From: Candidatus Cloacimonadales bacterium
Lineage (GTDB): Bacteria > Cloacimonadota > Cloacimonadia > Cloacimonadales > JAFGVF01
NCBI GenBank assembly: GCA_963677495.2
Contig: CAXXOU010000001.1
Coordinates: forward strand, 1-64,000
Length of the DNA stretch: 64,000 bases
Direction: 5' to 3'
Below are positions 29,136 through 38,634 of the stretch, one piece after another. How positions within the stretch are numbered: the stretch's first letter is position 1; every line of letters begins with the position of its first letter. A model generated the notes under the pieces. The model did no database searches. It had not been told where the DNA came from and worked only from the letters and a program-made list of their open reading frames with translations. The translations under genes were made by a program, and so were the position numbers.

Positions 29136-31223
29136 CTAACCAATTATCAGGGATCCAATCTGGTAAACTAACAATGATATAATGTATGCTACTGCTGTCA
29201 ATCCAGCTAACTGTATCAATGCCCACTTCCAGGAGTTTGTTTCTCGTTTGGTAACTGCGATAGTTGCCATACATGGTGCACTAATTAAGCAGAATAGGAT
29301 GATAGAAATTGCCTGTATGACTGAGTAATTGGATTTGAGTTTCTCTCTAAGTGTTTCTGATTCTTCATCAACTTCACCTACAGAGTAAACTATACCAAGT
29401 TGCGCTACGAATACTTCTTTTGCAGCAAAAGCACCGATAAGTGCTGAACCTATTTTCCAATCAAAACCCAAAGGTTTAATTACTGGTTCCATAGCTTTAC
29501 CAATTCTACCAGTGATAGAATATGCAAGTACATCTGACTGATATTGCATCTCAAGTTCTTCGAGTATAGCTCCTTCATCAGATTCAGGTAATTGTTGTGC
29601 TTCTATGGCAGCGACTTTCTGTTCATAGTTCTGGTCAATCTTGTCCGACTGTGGGAATGTAATAAACACCCACATAATTATCGAAATCCAAAGAATAATT
29701 GTACCAGCTTTCTGAAGGTAAACAACTGCTCTTGACCACATCTGAAGCATGATTGATTTCAAAGTTGGTATTCTGTAAGGTGGTAGTTCAAGAATATAGG
29801 TATCGGAATCACCCTTAAATACTGTGCTTCTAAGAATCTTTGCTAAGATAATTGCTAAAATGATACCTGATAAGTATATGCACCATAATACCAAAGCTTG
29901 ATGTTTTTCAACAAAGAATGCAGGAATCATCAACGCATAGATTGGCAATCTAGCTCCGCAACTCATCAATGGTGCCACCATTATAGTCGTGAACCTGTCT
30001 TTTTTATTAGGTAAAGTTCTTGTTGCCATTATTGCTGGGATAGTGCAACCAAAGCCAATCAACATAGGGATAAAACTATTACCATGCAACCCTAAGGATT
30101 TCATTAATCTATCCATGATAAAGGAAGCTCTTGCCATGTAACCGGTTCCTTCAAGCAGTGCAATGGCGAGGAAGAGCAAAAGTATGTTAGGTAAGAACAC
30201 TAATACACCTCCTACTCCTCCGATTACACCATCTACCAGGAGTGATTTGAGTAAGCTTTCGCTTCCCTCAGACCAGAAACTAGCAACAAGGTCTCCCAAT
30301 GCTCCCATTCCCTCTTCAATCCAACCCATTAAAGGGTCACCTACAACAAATGTCAGTTTAAAAACGAGATACATTAAGGCAAAGAAGATTGGGATTCCTA
30401 AATATTTACTTGTTACGACTGAGTCTATCTTGTCTGTTAAAGTCTTTTTATTACTCTTTTTCTTTAGTCCACACTCTTTACAGATTTTACCGATAAGCTC
30501 ATAGCGTTCCGCTGTTACATCCGGCATTTTATCCTTGTTAACTCTCATTGTTGCAGTGCCTACTTTATCTTCACTTGCAATATATTCCTTTACACCCTCA
30601 CCCTCTTCTTCAATGAACTTTAAAGCTAACCATCTGTTATCAACAACATTACCATCACCAAGTATTGTAGCAACCTCATCAACTAACTGCTCTGTTGTCT
30701 GAGAATAATTGGGAATAAACTCGCTTTTCTTATTCATCTGAGCAGAAATAGCCTTCTTCAAAATGTCTACAGCTTTATGTTTATGCCCGACTGTGCAGAT
30801 GACTTTTGTATCTAGTGTCGTTTCAAGCTTTTTAACATCAAGCGACATATTTTGAGTTTCGAATTCATCCCACATGTTAAGCACTAAGAGATAAGGTATG
30901 CCTATTTCAGCTAATTGTATCGCAAGATACAAGCTTCTTTCAAGATTGGTTGAATCAATAACATCAATAACAAGATTTGGTTTTTCTGTTATGATTACGT
31001 CTCTTGCAACGATCTCTTCTGGAGAGTTTGCAGATAAGCTATATGTACCGGGAAGGTCAATAACCTCTATCTTCCTTCCATCTATATTGCATATACCCGT
31101 GATTCTTTCAACTGTAACACCGGGATAGTTACCGGTCTTTTGTTTCGCACCGGTTAAGTTATTAAAAATGGTAGTCTTACCACTATTAGGGTTCCCTGTT
31201 AAAGCGATTTTAAAGTCTTTCAT
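29136..31223 (-). CDS. feoB: Ferrous iron transporter B
   Basis: GNPNSGKT, GNYPGVTVE, DLPGTYSL, GFGCTIPAIMATR, MSCGARLP. Confidence 0.97.
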   Translation of the reverse strand: MKDFKIALTGNPNSGKTTIFNNLTGAKQKTGNYPGVTVERITGICNIDGRKIEVIDLPGTYSLSANSPEEIVARDVIITEKPNLVIDVIDSTNLERSLYLAIQLAEIGIPYLLVLNMWDEFETQNMSLDVKKLETTLDTKVICTVGHKHKAVDILKKAISAQMNKKSEFIPNYSQTTEQLVDEVATILGDGNVVDNRWLALKFIEEEGEGVKEYIASEDKVGTATMRVNKDKMPDVTAERYELIGKICKECGLKKKSNKKTLTDKIDSVVTSKYLGIPIFFALMYLVFKLTFVVGDPLMGWIEEGMGALGDLVASFWSEGSESLLKSLLVDGVIGGVGGVLVFLPNILLLFLAIALLEGTGYMARASFIMDRLMKSLGLHGNSFIPMLIGFGCTIPAIMATRTLPNKKDRFTTIMVAPLMSCGARLPIYALMIPAFFVEKHQALVLWCIYLSGIILAIILAKILRSTVFKGDSDTYILELPPYRIPTLKSIMLQMWSRAVVYLQKAGTIILWISIIMWVFITFPQSDKIDQNYEQKVAAIEAQQLPESDEGAILEELEMQYQSDVLAYSITGRIGKAMEPVIKPLGFDWKIGSALIGAFAAKEVFVAQLGIVYSVGEVDEESETLREKLKSNYSVIQAISIILFCLISAPCMATIAVTKRETNSWKWALIQLAGLTAVAYIISLLVYQIGSLIIG

Positions 31224-31272
31224 ATTCTCTTCCTTAGTTAGTCTCTTCTAACACTCTCTACAAAAAAAAAGG

Positions 31273-31497
31273 CTATCGAACCCTTATCTGAGCTACTTCT
31301 GATTTTCTAAGAGCTATTCTATAACCTCTTATTGAATATTGAATCGGGTCACCTAATGGTGCAACACTGATTTTGGTTATTTCAGTTCCACCTGTTAATC
31401 CCATTTCGGAAAGTCTCTTCTTCAACTGGATGTTATCAGAAAGATGTTCGATTCTTCCTGTCTCACCAACGCCTAAATGTCCTAAGTTCTTTTTCAT
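31273..31497 (-). CDS. feoA: Ferrous iron transport protein A
   Basis: RLSEMGLTGG, APLGDPIQYSIRGYRIALRKSE. Confidence 0.95.
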   Translation of the reverse strand: MKKNLGHLGVGETGRIEHLSDNIQLKKRLSEMGLTGGTEITKISVAPLGDPIQYSIRGYRIALRKSEVAQIRVR

Positions 31498-31531
31498 TAT
31501 TGTCTCCTAATGATGAATTGAGGGATATTTG

Positions 31532-31550
31532 TTAGATTAGCCTAACCTTG
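31532..31550. promoter_or_regulatory. DtxR/IdeR-type iron box overlapping the feoA promoter
   Basis: TTAGATTAGCCTAACCTTG matches the DtxR consensus TTAGGTTAGCCTAACCTAA at 16/19; abuts a minus-strand TTGACA (31549-31554). Confidence 0.75.
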
Positions 31551-31680
31551 TCAATGTTTTATTTGATTATTGCCCTTATATTCATAAGCCAAATACTTTT
31601 AATCGTTTTTACGTAATACGAAATATTTGTTTCCTCCTCCGGACATTCCTTAGCTTTATCTTACACTTCCGGGTAACCCG

Positions 31681-31763
31681 ACCACGGGTTGACCACAGGT
31701 TGACAACGGGTTGACCACGGCTCCCGCAGTCTGGGCGTGGTTTACACGTGGTTCTTGCGTGGT
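31681..31763. repeat. 11-bp-period palindromic array ACCACG-like x4 / CGTGGT-like x4 (homolog of 11173)
   Basis: Cores at 31681, 31692, 31703, 31714, then 31725, 31736, 31747, 31758; shares gggttgaccacggctcccg and gggcgtggtttac with the 11173 array. Confidence 0.9.
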
Positions 31764-31870
31764 AAATTGTAAGGCTTTTGATAGAGATATAATCAGCTAA
31801 ATTTGATTTAATAGATGATAAATGGGCTATTAGTAACTACGAGATTTTGTGATAATCAATATCCTGTAAG

Positions 31871-31898
31871 AAAAAAAGGGCTGAATACTCAGCCCTTT
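31871..31898 (-). terminator. Intrinsic terminator after hutU
   Basis: A-run then gggctga-atac-tcagccc. Confidence 0.75.
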
Positions 31899-31919
31899 CA
31901 TCTATTTAAGATACTATTT

Positions 31920-33941
31920 CTATCTTACTTTCTCATCGATTAGCTTATTAATCATATCATCGCAAGAGCGATATGGGATAGTAATCTGTCCCTCATCCTC
32001 ATGGTTTTCATTCCACTTGGCTGAAGTTTCCACAGCATTATCATTTCCTGCCCAGTTACGACGGCCTACGCCACCCATAACATCCCAGGAAAGACCTGAA
32101 CGGATAACATCATCCATGCGTTTGCTTCCATCGAGTAAAATTCCGTTGCCACCGTTAGATGAACGCCCGATTCCTACTCCGCCACCATTTGAAAGCACAA
32201 CAAGTGTCATACCTCTGGCAACGTTACCGGCAAAACATTGAACTGACATATCAGCCATCACGTTACTTCCGTCATAGATGTTAGCAGTTTCTCTGAATGG
32301 TGAATCTGTACCGGAAACGTCATGATGGTCTCTACCAAGCATCACAGGTCCGATAACACCTTTACGAATCATCTCATTGAATTTAAGAGCGATGCGCACA
32401 CGACCCTCTTCGTCAGAGTAAAGAATACGAGCCTTAGTTCCAACTACGAGTTTATTCTCTTCTGCTGTTGCAATCCAATGATGGTTATCTCTATCGAGAG
32501 AGCTGTTCTCAGGATCAATACAAGCCATAGCAAGTTCATCTGTAGTCTTAAGGTCTGAGTCCTTACCTGATAAGCAAACCCATCTGAATGGACCATATCC
32601 ACGATCAAAGCATACAGGTCCCATGATATCTTCAACGTATGAAGGCCAGATAAAGCCATCAAATGTATCTTCACCGTTCTTGGAGATAGCTTTCTCTCCT
32701 GCATTAAACACAGAAGCCATGAAGCTATTACCGTAATCCCAGAAATAGGAACCTTTCTCAGTAAGCTTCTTAACAACTCTGAAATGACGTTTAAGAGATT
32801 CATCAACAAGCTCTTTGAACTTAGCAGGATTCTCTTTATTTATCTTACGACCATCTTCATAAGTAATGCCTGCAGGAGTATAACCACCTTCATAAACAGC
32901 GTGACAAGAGGTTTGGTCAGAAATAAGCTCAACTTTCACGTCGTTCTCATCGATATATTCAAGCAAATCTACAATATTACCATGATAAGCAATTGAGATT
33001 GGCTGTTTCTTCTCTCTATATTCCTTCATCCAAGCAACGATTTGTGCTAAATCATCAGAGATAAGTGATACCCATCCCTGCTCATGTCTTGTTTGAATTC
33101 TACTGTATTCAACTTCAGCAATAACACCGATACCACCGGCAATCTCAACAGCTTTTGGTTGTGCACCAGACATTCCACCAAGTCCTGAAGAGATGAAGAA
33201 GTTGCATTGCATATCCTGATCTTCAGGAACACCGAGATATTTACGGCAAGCATTCAATACTGTGATATATGTACCATGTACGATACCTTGTGGTCCGATA
33301 TACATCCAGCCACCGGCTGTCATTTGACCGTAATTTGCTACACCGAGAGCTGTGAGTCTTTTAAAGTTCTCAGGATCATCCCAATTACCAATCACAAGAC
33401 CATGAGTTGAAATAACTCTTGGAGCTTCAGGACGTGATGGGAATAATCCAACCGGATGTCCTGATTCAACAACGAGTGTTTGATCATCAGTAATCTCTTC
33501 AAGATAACGCATGATTAAGCGATATTGCATCCAGTTCTGCATAACTTGTCCGGTCTCACCGTAAGTTACAAGCTCATAAGGATAAAGAGCTATATCGAAA
33601 TCAAGGTTATTATCAATCATAACCTGAAGAGCTTTACCGGCCTGACATTTGCCCTTATACTCTTCAATTGGTTTGCCGTAAAGTTTACCTGCAGGTCGAT
33701 AGCGATAACCATAGATTCTACCCATTGTCATGAGCTCTTCAAGAAACTCAGGAGCCATCACTTCATGATACTCTTTAGGCACATAGCGTAAAGCATTCTT
33801 CACAGCTAATGCAATCTCTTTTCTGTTTAAATCAAGTCCTCTGTTTGGAGCTCTACGATACTGTTTATCAAACTCCTTAACTTCCGGTAACTCATCCGGA
33901 ATTCTAATCTTCATAACCTTCTGAGGGTTGAAGTCGATCAT
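31920..33941 (-). CDS. hutU: Urocanate hydratase (long 673-aa form)
   Basis: NNLDFDIALYPYELVTYG, YGQMTAGGWMYIGPQGIVHGT, SGLGGMSGAQPKA, GRDHHDVSGTDSPFRET. Confidence 0.97.
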   Translation of the reverse strand: MIDFNPQKVMKIRIPDELPEVKEFDKQYRRAPNRGLDLNRKEIALAVKNALRYVPKEYHEVMAPEFLEELMTMGRIYGYRYRPAGKLYGKPIEEYKGKCQAGKALQVMIDNNLDFDIALYPYELVTYGETGQVMQNWMQYRLIMRYLEEITDDQTLVVESGHPVGLFPSRPEAPRVISTHGLVIGNWDDPENFKRLTALGVANYGQMTAGGWMYIGPQGIVHGTYITVLNACRKYLGVPEDQDMQCNFFISSGLGGMSGAQPKAVEIAGGIGVIAEVEYSRIQTRHEQGWVSLISDDLAQIVAWMKEYREKKQPISIAYHGNIVDLLEYIDENDVKVELISDQTSCHAVYEGGYTPAGITYEDGRKINKENPAKFKELVDESLKRHFRVVKKLTEKGSYFWDYGNSFMASVFNAGEKAISKNGEDTFDGFIWPSYVEDIMGPVCFDRGYGPFRWVCLSGKDSDLKTTDELAMACIDPENSSLDRDNHHWIATAEENKLVVGTKARILYSDEEGRVRIALKFNEMIRKGVIGPVMLGRDHHDVSGTDSPFRETANIYDGSNVMADMSVQCFAGNVARGMTLVVLSNGGGVGIGRSSNGGNGILLDGSKRMDDVIRSGLSWDVMGGVGRRNWAGNDNAVETSAKWNENHEDEGQITIPYRSCDDMINKLIDEKVR

Positions 33942-35227
33942 GATTCCTCCACTTTATTCTTTTTATTTACCATTACATTTAAAATAACATCATCACATTG
34001 TGGCATACCGTGGTTTATAACAATGCCCATGTTATCAATAGTCTTCTCAATATCATCTTCGATAATGCCATCATCACCACCGATGAATTTTCCATATCTT
34101 GCCATAAGAACAGAGTATAGAGCGGTACTGATAGTTGAAGCTATCTTAAGACCACAACTTGTTTTAGCTCCATCACATATCATACCGGTAAGGTTAGCAA
34201 GCATGTTTTTAATTACATATTCAAGTTCTTTCTCTCCTCCACCAAGAAGCATACTCATTCCACAACCTGCACCGGTTGCAGCATTTATTGCACCACACAT
34301 ACATGAGAGAATCCCCAGATGATTCTTTAGGTGGATAGATATCATATGACCTACAAAAAGAGCACGAATAAATTCCTCTCTGCTCTTCTTAAAATGAAGA
34401 TAAGTCTCATAAATTGGCAAAGTAATTGTTATACCTTGATTACCACTACCTGAATTTGTTAGTACAGGAAGTGGTGAACCACACATTCTAGCTTCAGATG
34501 CTGCACATGTGATAGCCACAACTTTATGGAAGAAGTCATTTTCAAGAATACCGTTATCAATCTCTTTCATGATAATTCCACCAAGTGTATAGTTGCATTT
34601 TAAGCCTGAGGTGGAGATTATCTTATTCATCTCAGCACCCTCTATCAGATATGCAAACTCTTCCGGGTCTAATTCTTGTGAAAAATCATAAATACTCTGA
34701 ACGCTCAGTTCCTCTTTAATACAGCATTTTTCCTTTGTTGCAGCTTCAACATCATGCTCTTCGACAATCTCATCATCAAGTTTGATATATTTTACACCGG
34801 TATGGTGCTCAATCACTTTACATTCTGCAACATGGTTCTCTGTGATAAGTCGTGCGATAATAAGAAGTTTGTCATCTGAGTCATGCAAAATAAGCTTTAC
34901 TTTCTGCTCTTTCACAAAGTCTTGAGCTTTCTCAATTGTTTCTTCAGGGATACCGGTGAGGACTTCGAGAGCATTTTCAGGGTCACCACCAAACGCACCT
35001 AAGGCAGATGCAATTTCAAGTCCTTTTATCTCAGTTCCGGGTATTCCAACTCCCAATCCATTCTTGAAAACATTTCGACAAAGGCGTAATTCAATTGTGT
35101 TGATTTCTTCATCAATGACCGTAGCAGCCTTAGCAGATGCAAGTGCAACTGCAATCGGTTCTGTACAGCCTAAAGCGGTGGATAACTCACTATCGAGTAT
35201 CCTTAAATAATCCTCTTTTGTAAGCAT
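33938..35227 (-). CDS. Serine dehydratase alpha-like / L-cysteine desulfidase (YhaM/UPF0597) family protein
   Basis: ALGCTEPIAVALA, VFKNGLGVGIPGT, ARMCGSPLPVLTNSGSGNQGI, GMICDGAKTSCGLK. Confidence 0.92.
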   Translation of the reverse strand: MLTKEDYLRILDSELSTALGCTEPIAVALASAKAATVIDEEINTIELRLCRNVFKNGLGVGIPGTEIKGLEIASALGAFGGDPENALEVLTGIPEETIEKAQDFVKEQKVKLILHDSDDKLLIIARLITENHVAECKVIEHHTGVKYIKLDDEIVEEHDVEAATKEKCCIKEELSVQSIYDFSQELDPEEFAYLIEGAEMNKIISTSGLKCNYTLGGIIMKEIDNGILENDFFHKVVAITCAASEARMCGSPLPVLTNSGSGNQGITITLPIYETYLHFKKSREEFIRALFVGHMISIHLKNHLGILSCMCGAINAATGAGCGMSMLLGGGEKELEYVIKNMLANLTGMICDGAKTSCGLKIASTISTALYSVLMARYGKFIGGDDGIIEDDIEKTIDNMGIVINHGMPQCDDVILNVMVNKKNKVEES

Positions 35228-35674
35228 AATAGATCATCCTCATTAAACCGATATATTTTAAATCAAAATTATTTATCCCCATTACTTATGCAATCTTTTT
35301 CTAAAGTAGTTATCAATAACGGTATTAGTAATGCTGATTTTACACAAGCTTGCATATTAGCTTTTAAAACTTAAGCAACTAAACGAAAAAAATACTTTGT
35401 TAACAATGAAAAGTTTTCGCCTAGACCCAATAAGTTAGCTTTCACCTATTTATCGACACTTTCTTAAAAAAACAATTTGTCTCGTAAGAATCTAGTAGTT
35501 TACAAAAATAAAGATAGTGTCACAAATCATACTGTTTTCATTAAAGGCACTAGCTACTCGATAAGTTCTTTTGTCACTCATGAATCTATTCAAGTAGGGT
35601 ACAAAATTCTTGACTACTATCACGTGTATTCAGAAAGTAATAATCTTAAGCGGAATCAAGGAGCTGTAATTTAG

Positions 35675-37108
35675 ATGTTATTTAATTCTTACATATTTTT
35701 AGTTTTTTTAACGGTAGTCTTACCCATTTTTTATATACTACCTAACAAAATTTCGAAGAATACTTTTCTTTTAGCTAGTAGCTATTTTTTCTATGGATAT
35801 TGGGATTGGAGGTTTTGTTCCTTGTTAGCAATTTCAACGATTGTTGACTTCTACTTAGGTAAAAAAATCTATAAAGAGCAAAGCAAACCCAAGCAAAAAG
35901 CCTATTTAGCTATGAGTATGGTTGTTAACCTCGGTTTATTAGGTGTCTTCAAATACTTCAATTTTTTTGTTGATAGTTTTTCCACAATGACAACAGCGTT
36001 CGGCTATAACCTTGATTTCCTTCATATGAATATTATATTGCCTGTTGGAATATCTTTTTATACTTTCCAAACTATGTCATATTCGATTGATATCTATAGA
36101 AAACGGATTAAGCCAACAAACTCATTCATAGATTTTGCTCTATTCGTCTCTTTCTTTCCACAGTTAGTAGCAGGTCCTATTGAAAGAGCTAGCAACCTCT
36201 TACCTCAGTTATCAAACAAACTAAAACCCAATAGAGATCAAGTACAGAAAGGTATTGTTCTTATAGTAACAGGTCTGTTTAAAAAAGTTATGATTGGAGA
36301 TACAACAGGAAGATATGTAGATCAACTGTTTGGTAATCCTGATCTGTACACATCAGCTGAAATGCTTGCTGCTCTGCTATTGTTTTCAATTCAGATATAT
36401 GCTGATTTTTCCGGATATAGTAATATTGCAAGGGGTGTCTCAAAATTGCTTGGTGTTGAGTTAATGAAAAACTTCGAGCAACCATATCTTTCCAGAAATA
36501 TTACTGAATTCTGGAGAAGATGGCACATATCGTTATCTAGTTGGTTAAAAGATTATCTCTATATTTCATTAGGAGGTAATCGTAAAGGGCAAGTTCGTAC
36601 CTATGTAAACTTGTTTGCTACTATGTTACTAGGTGGACTATGGCATGGGGCATCATGGAACTTCGTGATTTGGGGAGGTTTACACGGTATATATCTAGCT
36701 ATACATAAGAAAATGCTTAAGAACAAGAGAATTGATGATAGGTACCATTACGGTGGATTTGTAAGCTTGCTCAAGGCCTCTATGAATTGTGTCATTACTA
36801 ACATACTCGTTTTGTTTACATGGCTTTTTTTTAGAGCTAAAACTGTTGATGATGTAAGACTATTTTTCCATAAAATGATTCACTGGGAATCAAGTGATTT
36901 AACACCAATATTCATCAAAATAACTCTAACTTTTCTTATACTTAACTTCCTTATTGATGCATTTGAATACAAGCTACAGAGACATACTACCATTTTGGCA
37001 ATACCAAACATTGGTTTTCAATATGGAGTATTATCTGTATTATTTCTAACAACATTACTATATATGTTCCAAGCAACTCCCTTACCGTTTGTTTACTTTC
37101 AGTTTTAA
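35675..37108 (+). CDS. MBOAT O-acyltransferase (AlgI/DltB-like)
   Basis: LPVGISFYTFQTMSY, FFPQLVAGPIER, QIYADFSGYS, FWRRWHISLSSWLKDYLYISLGGNR, GLWHGA, FVYFQF. Confidence 0.95.
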   Translation: MLFNSYIFLVFLTVVLPIFYILPNKISKNTFLLASSYFFYGYWDWRFCSLLAISTIVDFYLGKKIYKEQSKPKQKAYLAMSMVVNLGLLGVFKYFNFFVDSFSTMTTAFGYNLDFLHMNIILPVGISFYTFQTMSYSIDIYRKRIKPTNSFIDFALFVSFFPQLVAGPIERASNLLPQLSNKLKPNRDQVQKGIVLIVTGLFKKVMIGDTTGRYVDQLFGNPDLYTSAEMLAALLLFSIQIYADFSGYSNIARGVSKLLGVELMKNFEQPYLSRNITEFWRRWHISLSSWLKDYLYISLGGNRKGQVRTYVNLFATMLLGGLWHGASWNFVIWGGLHGIYLAIHKKMLKNKRIDDRYHYGGFVSLLKASMNCVITNILVLFTWLFFRAKTVDDVRLFFHKMIHWESSDLTPIFIKITLTFLILNFLIDAFEYKLQRHTTILAIPNIGFQYGVLSVLFLTTLLYMFQATPLPFVYFQF

Positions 37109-37117
37109 GAGGATTTT

Positions 37118-38152
37118 ATGAAAAAAATAGCAGGATTCATAATAGCATGTTCTGTAACATTAATTCTAGTTGAGTTATTTGTTTCGAATAGCTATGTACT
37201 TCAAAGATATATTAATGATTATAATCAAGATTTAGGCAGAATCAGACGTGCAAGTACAGAGTTTGTTATGTTTAATGAGGGATTTACCGTAAACAGAATT
37301 AATAGCTTTGGTTATGTAGGTAAAGAATATGGAATGGAAAAAGATTCCAGCACATTTAGAGTTGCTGTTTTAGGAGACTCTTATGTAGAAAGCTTCCAGG
37401 TTTTTGATAGAAATTACTTTGGTCGTGTTATCGAAAATGAGATTTCGGAACAGCTTGGTATGAAAATAGAAGTTCTCAATTTTGGAAGAAGTGGTTTTGA
37501 TTTAGGTGATTGTTACGCATATTATCATACTTTCGTCAATGATTTTGAACCTGATTTATCTATAATCATCTTAGGGGAATCAGATTATGAGATAAAGAAC
37601 TATGACCCACTTTTGCCAAAGGTAGTTTTAGATAATGGCAAATTGGATGTTAGTAGAAACTATATTGGCTCATCAAGTGAAAAAAGAATTCAGAAGATAC
37701 AGCCATTTTTAAAACACTCAATAATTTTGAATACTGTAAACATTTGTACAAAAATCATGAATAGAGAGTATCTACTTTCTAAGTCCTTAGATAAACTTTA
37801 CATACCGAAAGCTCCTCCTATAAGTAAAAATGCTGAAGTTAAAACTATTGTTCTAGATGAGAAGGAGAAGAGAATCTTAGATGAGTTAGATAATATAAAC
37901 TGTATTTTCGTTCTTCGTGATCGGGTTAATTTTACTGAATGTTCAGTAGCACAACATCCATTATATGAGAAGTTAGAGCAAGCACCATTTGATACTAAAC
38001 ATTGGGATATTACAAACAAGTATGGACACTGGAATAATGATGCCCACATTCTTGTAGGCGAGTACCTATCAAGTATCATTATTAGAGAAATACAAACTAC
38101 TCATTATAACTTTTTAGATATAAGTCAAATATCGAAGTCAGCATCGAATTGA
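37118..38152 (+). CDS. SGNH/GDSL-like membrane-anchored protein (AlgJ-type MBOAT partner)
   Basis: N-terminal TM; RVAVLGDSYVE; VLNFGRSG; GHWNNDAH. Confidence 0.8.
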   Translation: MKKIAGFIIACSVTLILVELFVSNSYVLQRYINDYNQDLGRIRRASTEFVMFNEGFTVNRINSFGYVGKEYGMEKDSSTFRVAVLGDSYVESFQVFDRNYFGRVIENEISEQLGMKIEVLNFGRSGFDLGDCYAYYHTFVNDFEPDLSIIILGESDYEIKNYDPLLPKVVLDNGKLDVSRNYIGSSSEKRIQKIQPFLKHSIILNTVNICTKIMNREYLLSKSLDKLYIPKAPPISKNAEVKTIVLDEKEKRILDELDNINCIFVLRDRVNFTECSVAQHPLYEKLEQAPFDTKHWDITNKYGHWNNDAHILVGEYLSSIIIREIQTTHYNFLDISQISKSASN

Positions 38153-38224
38153 GCTAGAATTATATCGGTATAATTTTAAAGTGGGCACAGATTTCTGTGC
38201 CCTAATCTATTAATTTCCTTTTCT

Positions 38225-38626
38225 CTATTTGAGAAAATCCTTTAACCATTCATGTATTTCATCTCTAGTATTACAGAAAGCTAGAAGCTTATCAGCATCT
38301 GTGCCTTGCGCATCTGATGGGTCCACGAATGAGTGATGTATTACTTGCTTACCATAAACAACCGGGCAGCTTTCTTTCGCGTTATCGCATACAGTTACGA
38401 TGATATCGAAAGTGTTAAGATCCAGTTCTTGGATAGTCTTTGAGTAATGATGTGTTATATCAATACCGGCTTCTGCCATAGCTTTTGTTGCTAATGGTTT
38501 CACGCTTGTCTTCTCAGTTCCACAGCTTTCAGCTTCCCAGTTCTCTGAGAAGTAGTGGTTTACAAGTCCCTGCGCCATCTGAGATCGGGCAGAGTTGTGG
38601 GTGCATATAAACAGTAACCTCTTCAT
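38225..38626 (-). CDS. arsC: Arsenate reductase (LMW-PTP family)
   Basis: LFICTHNSARSQMA, VTVCDNAKESCP, FVDP. Confidence 0.9.
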   Translation of the reverse strand: MKRLLFICTHNSARSQMAQGLVNHYFSENWEAESCGTEKTSVKPLATKAMAEAGIDITHHYSKTIQELDLNTFDIIVTVCDNAKESCPVVYGKQVIHHSFVDPSDAQGTDADKLLAFCNTRDEIHEWLKDFLK

Positions 38627-38634
38627 TTATAACC

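Noticed and set aside
29128..29274. N-terminal extension of the 103-aa ORF 28963..29274
   Set aside because: Overlaps feoB; the RBS supports the start at 29127 (54 aa).
35477..35674. 65-aa ORF upstream of the MBOAT gene
   Set aside because: TTG start, no RBS, no motif; cannot be supported.
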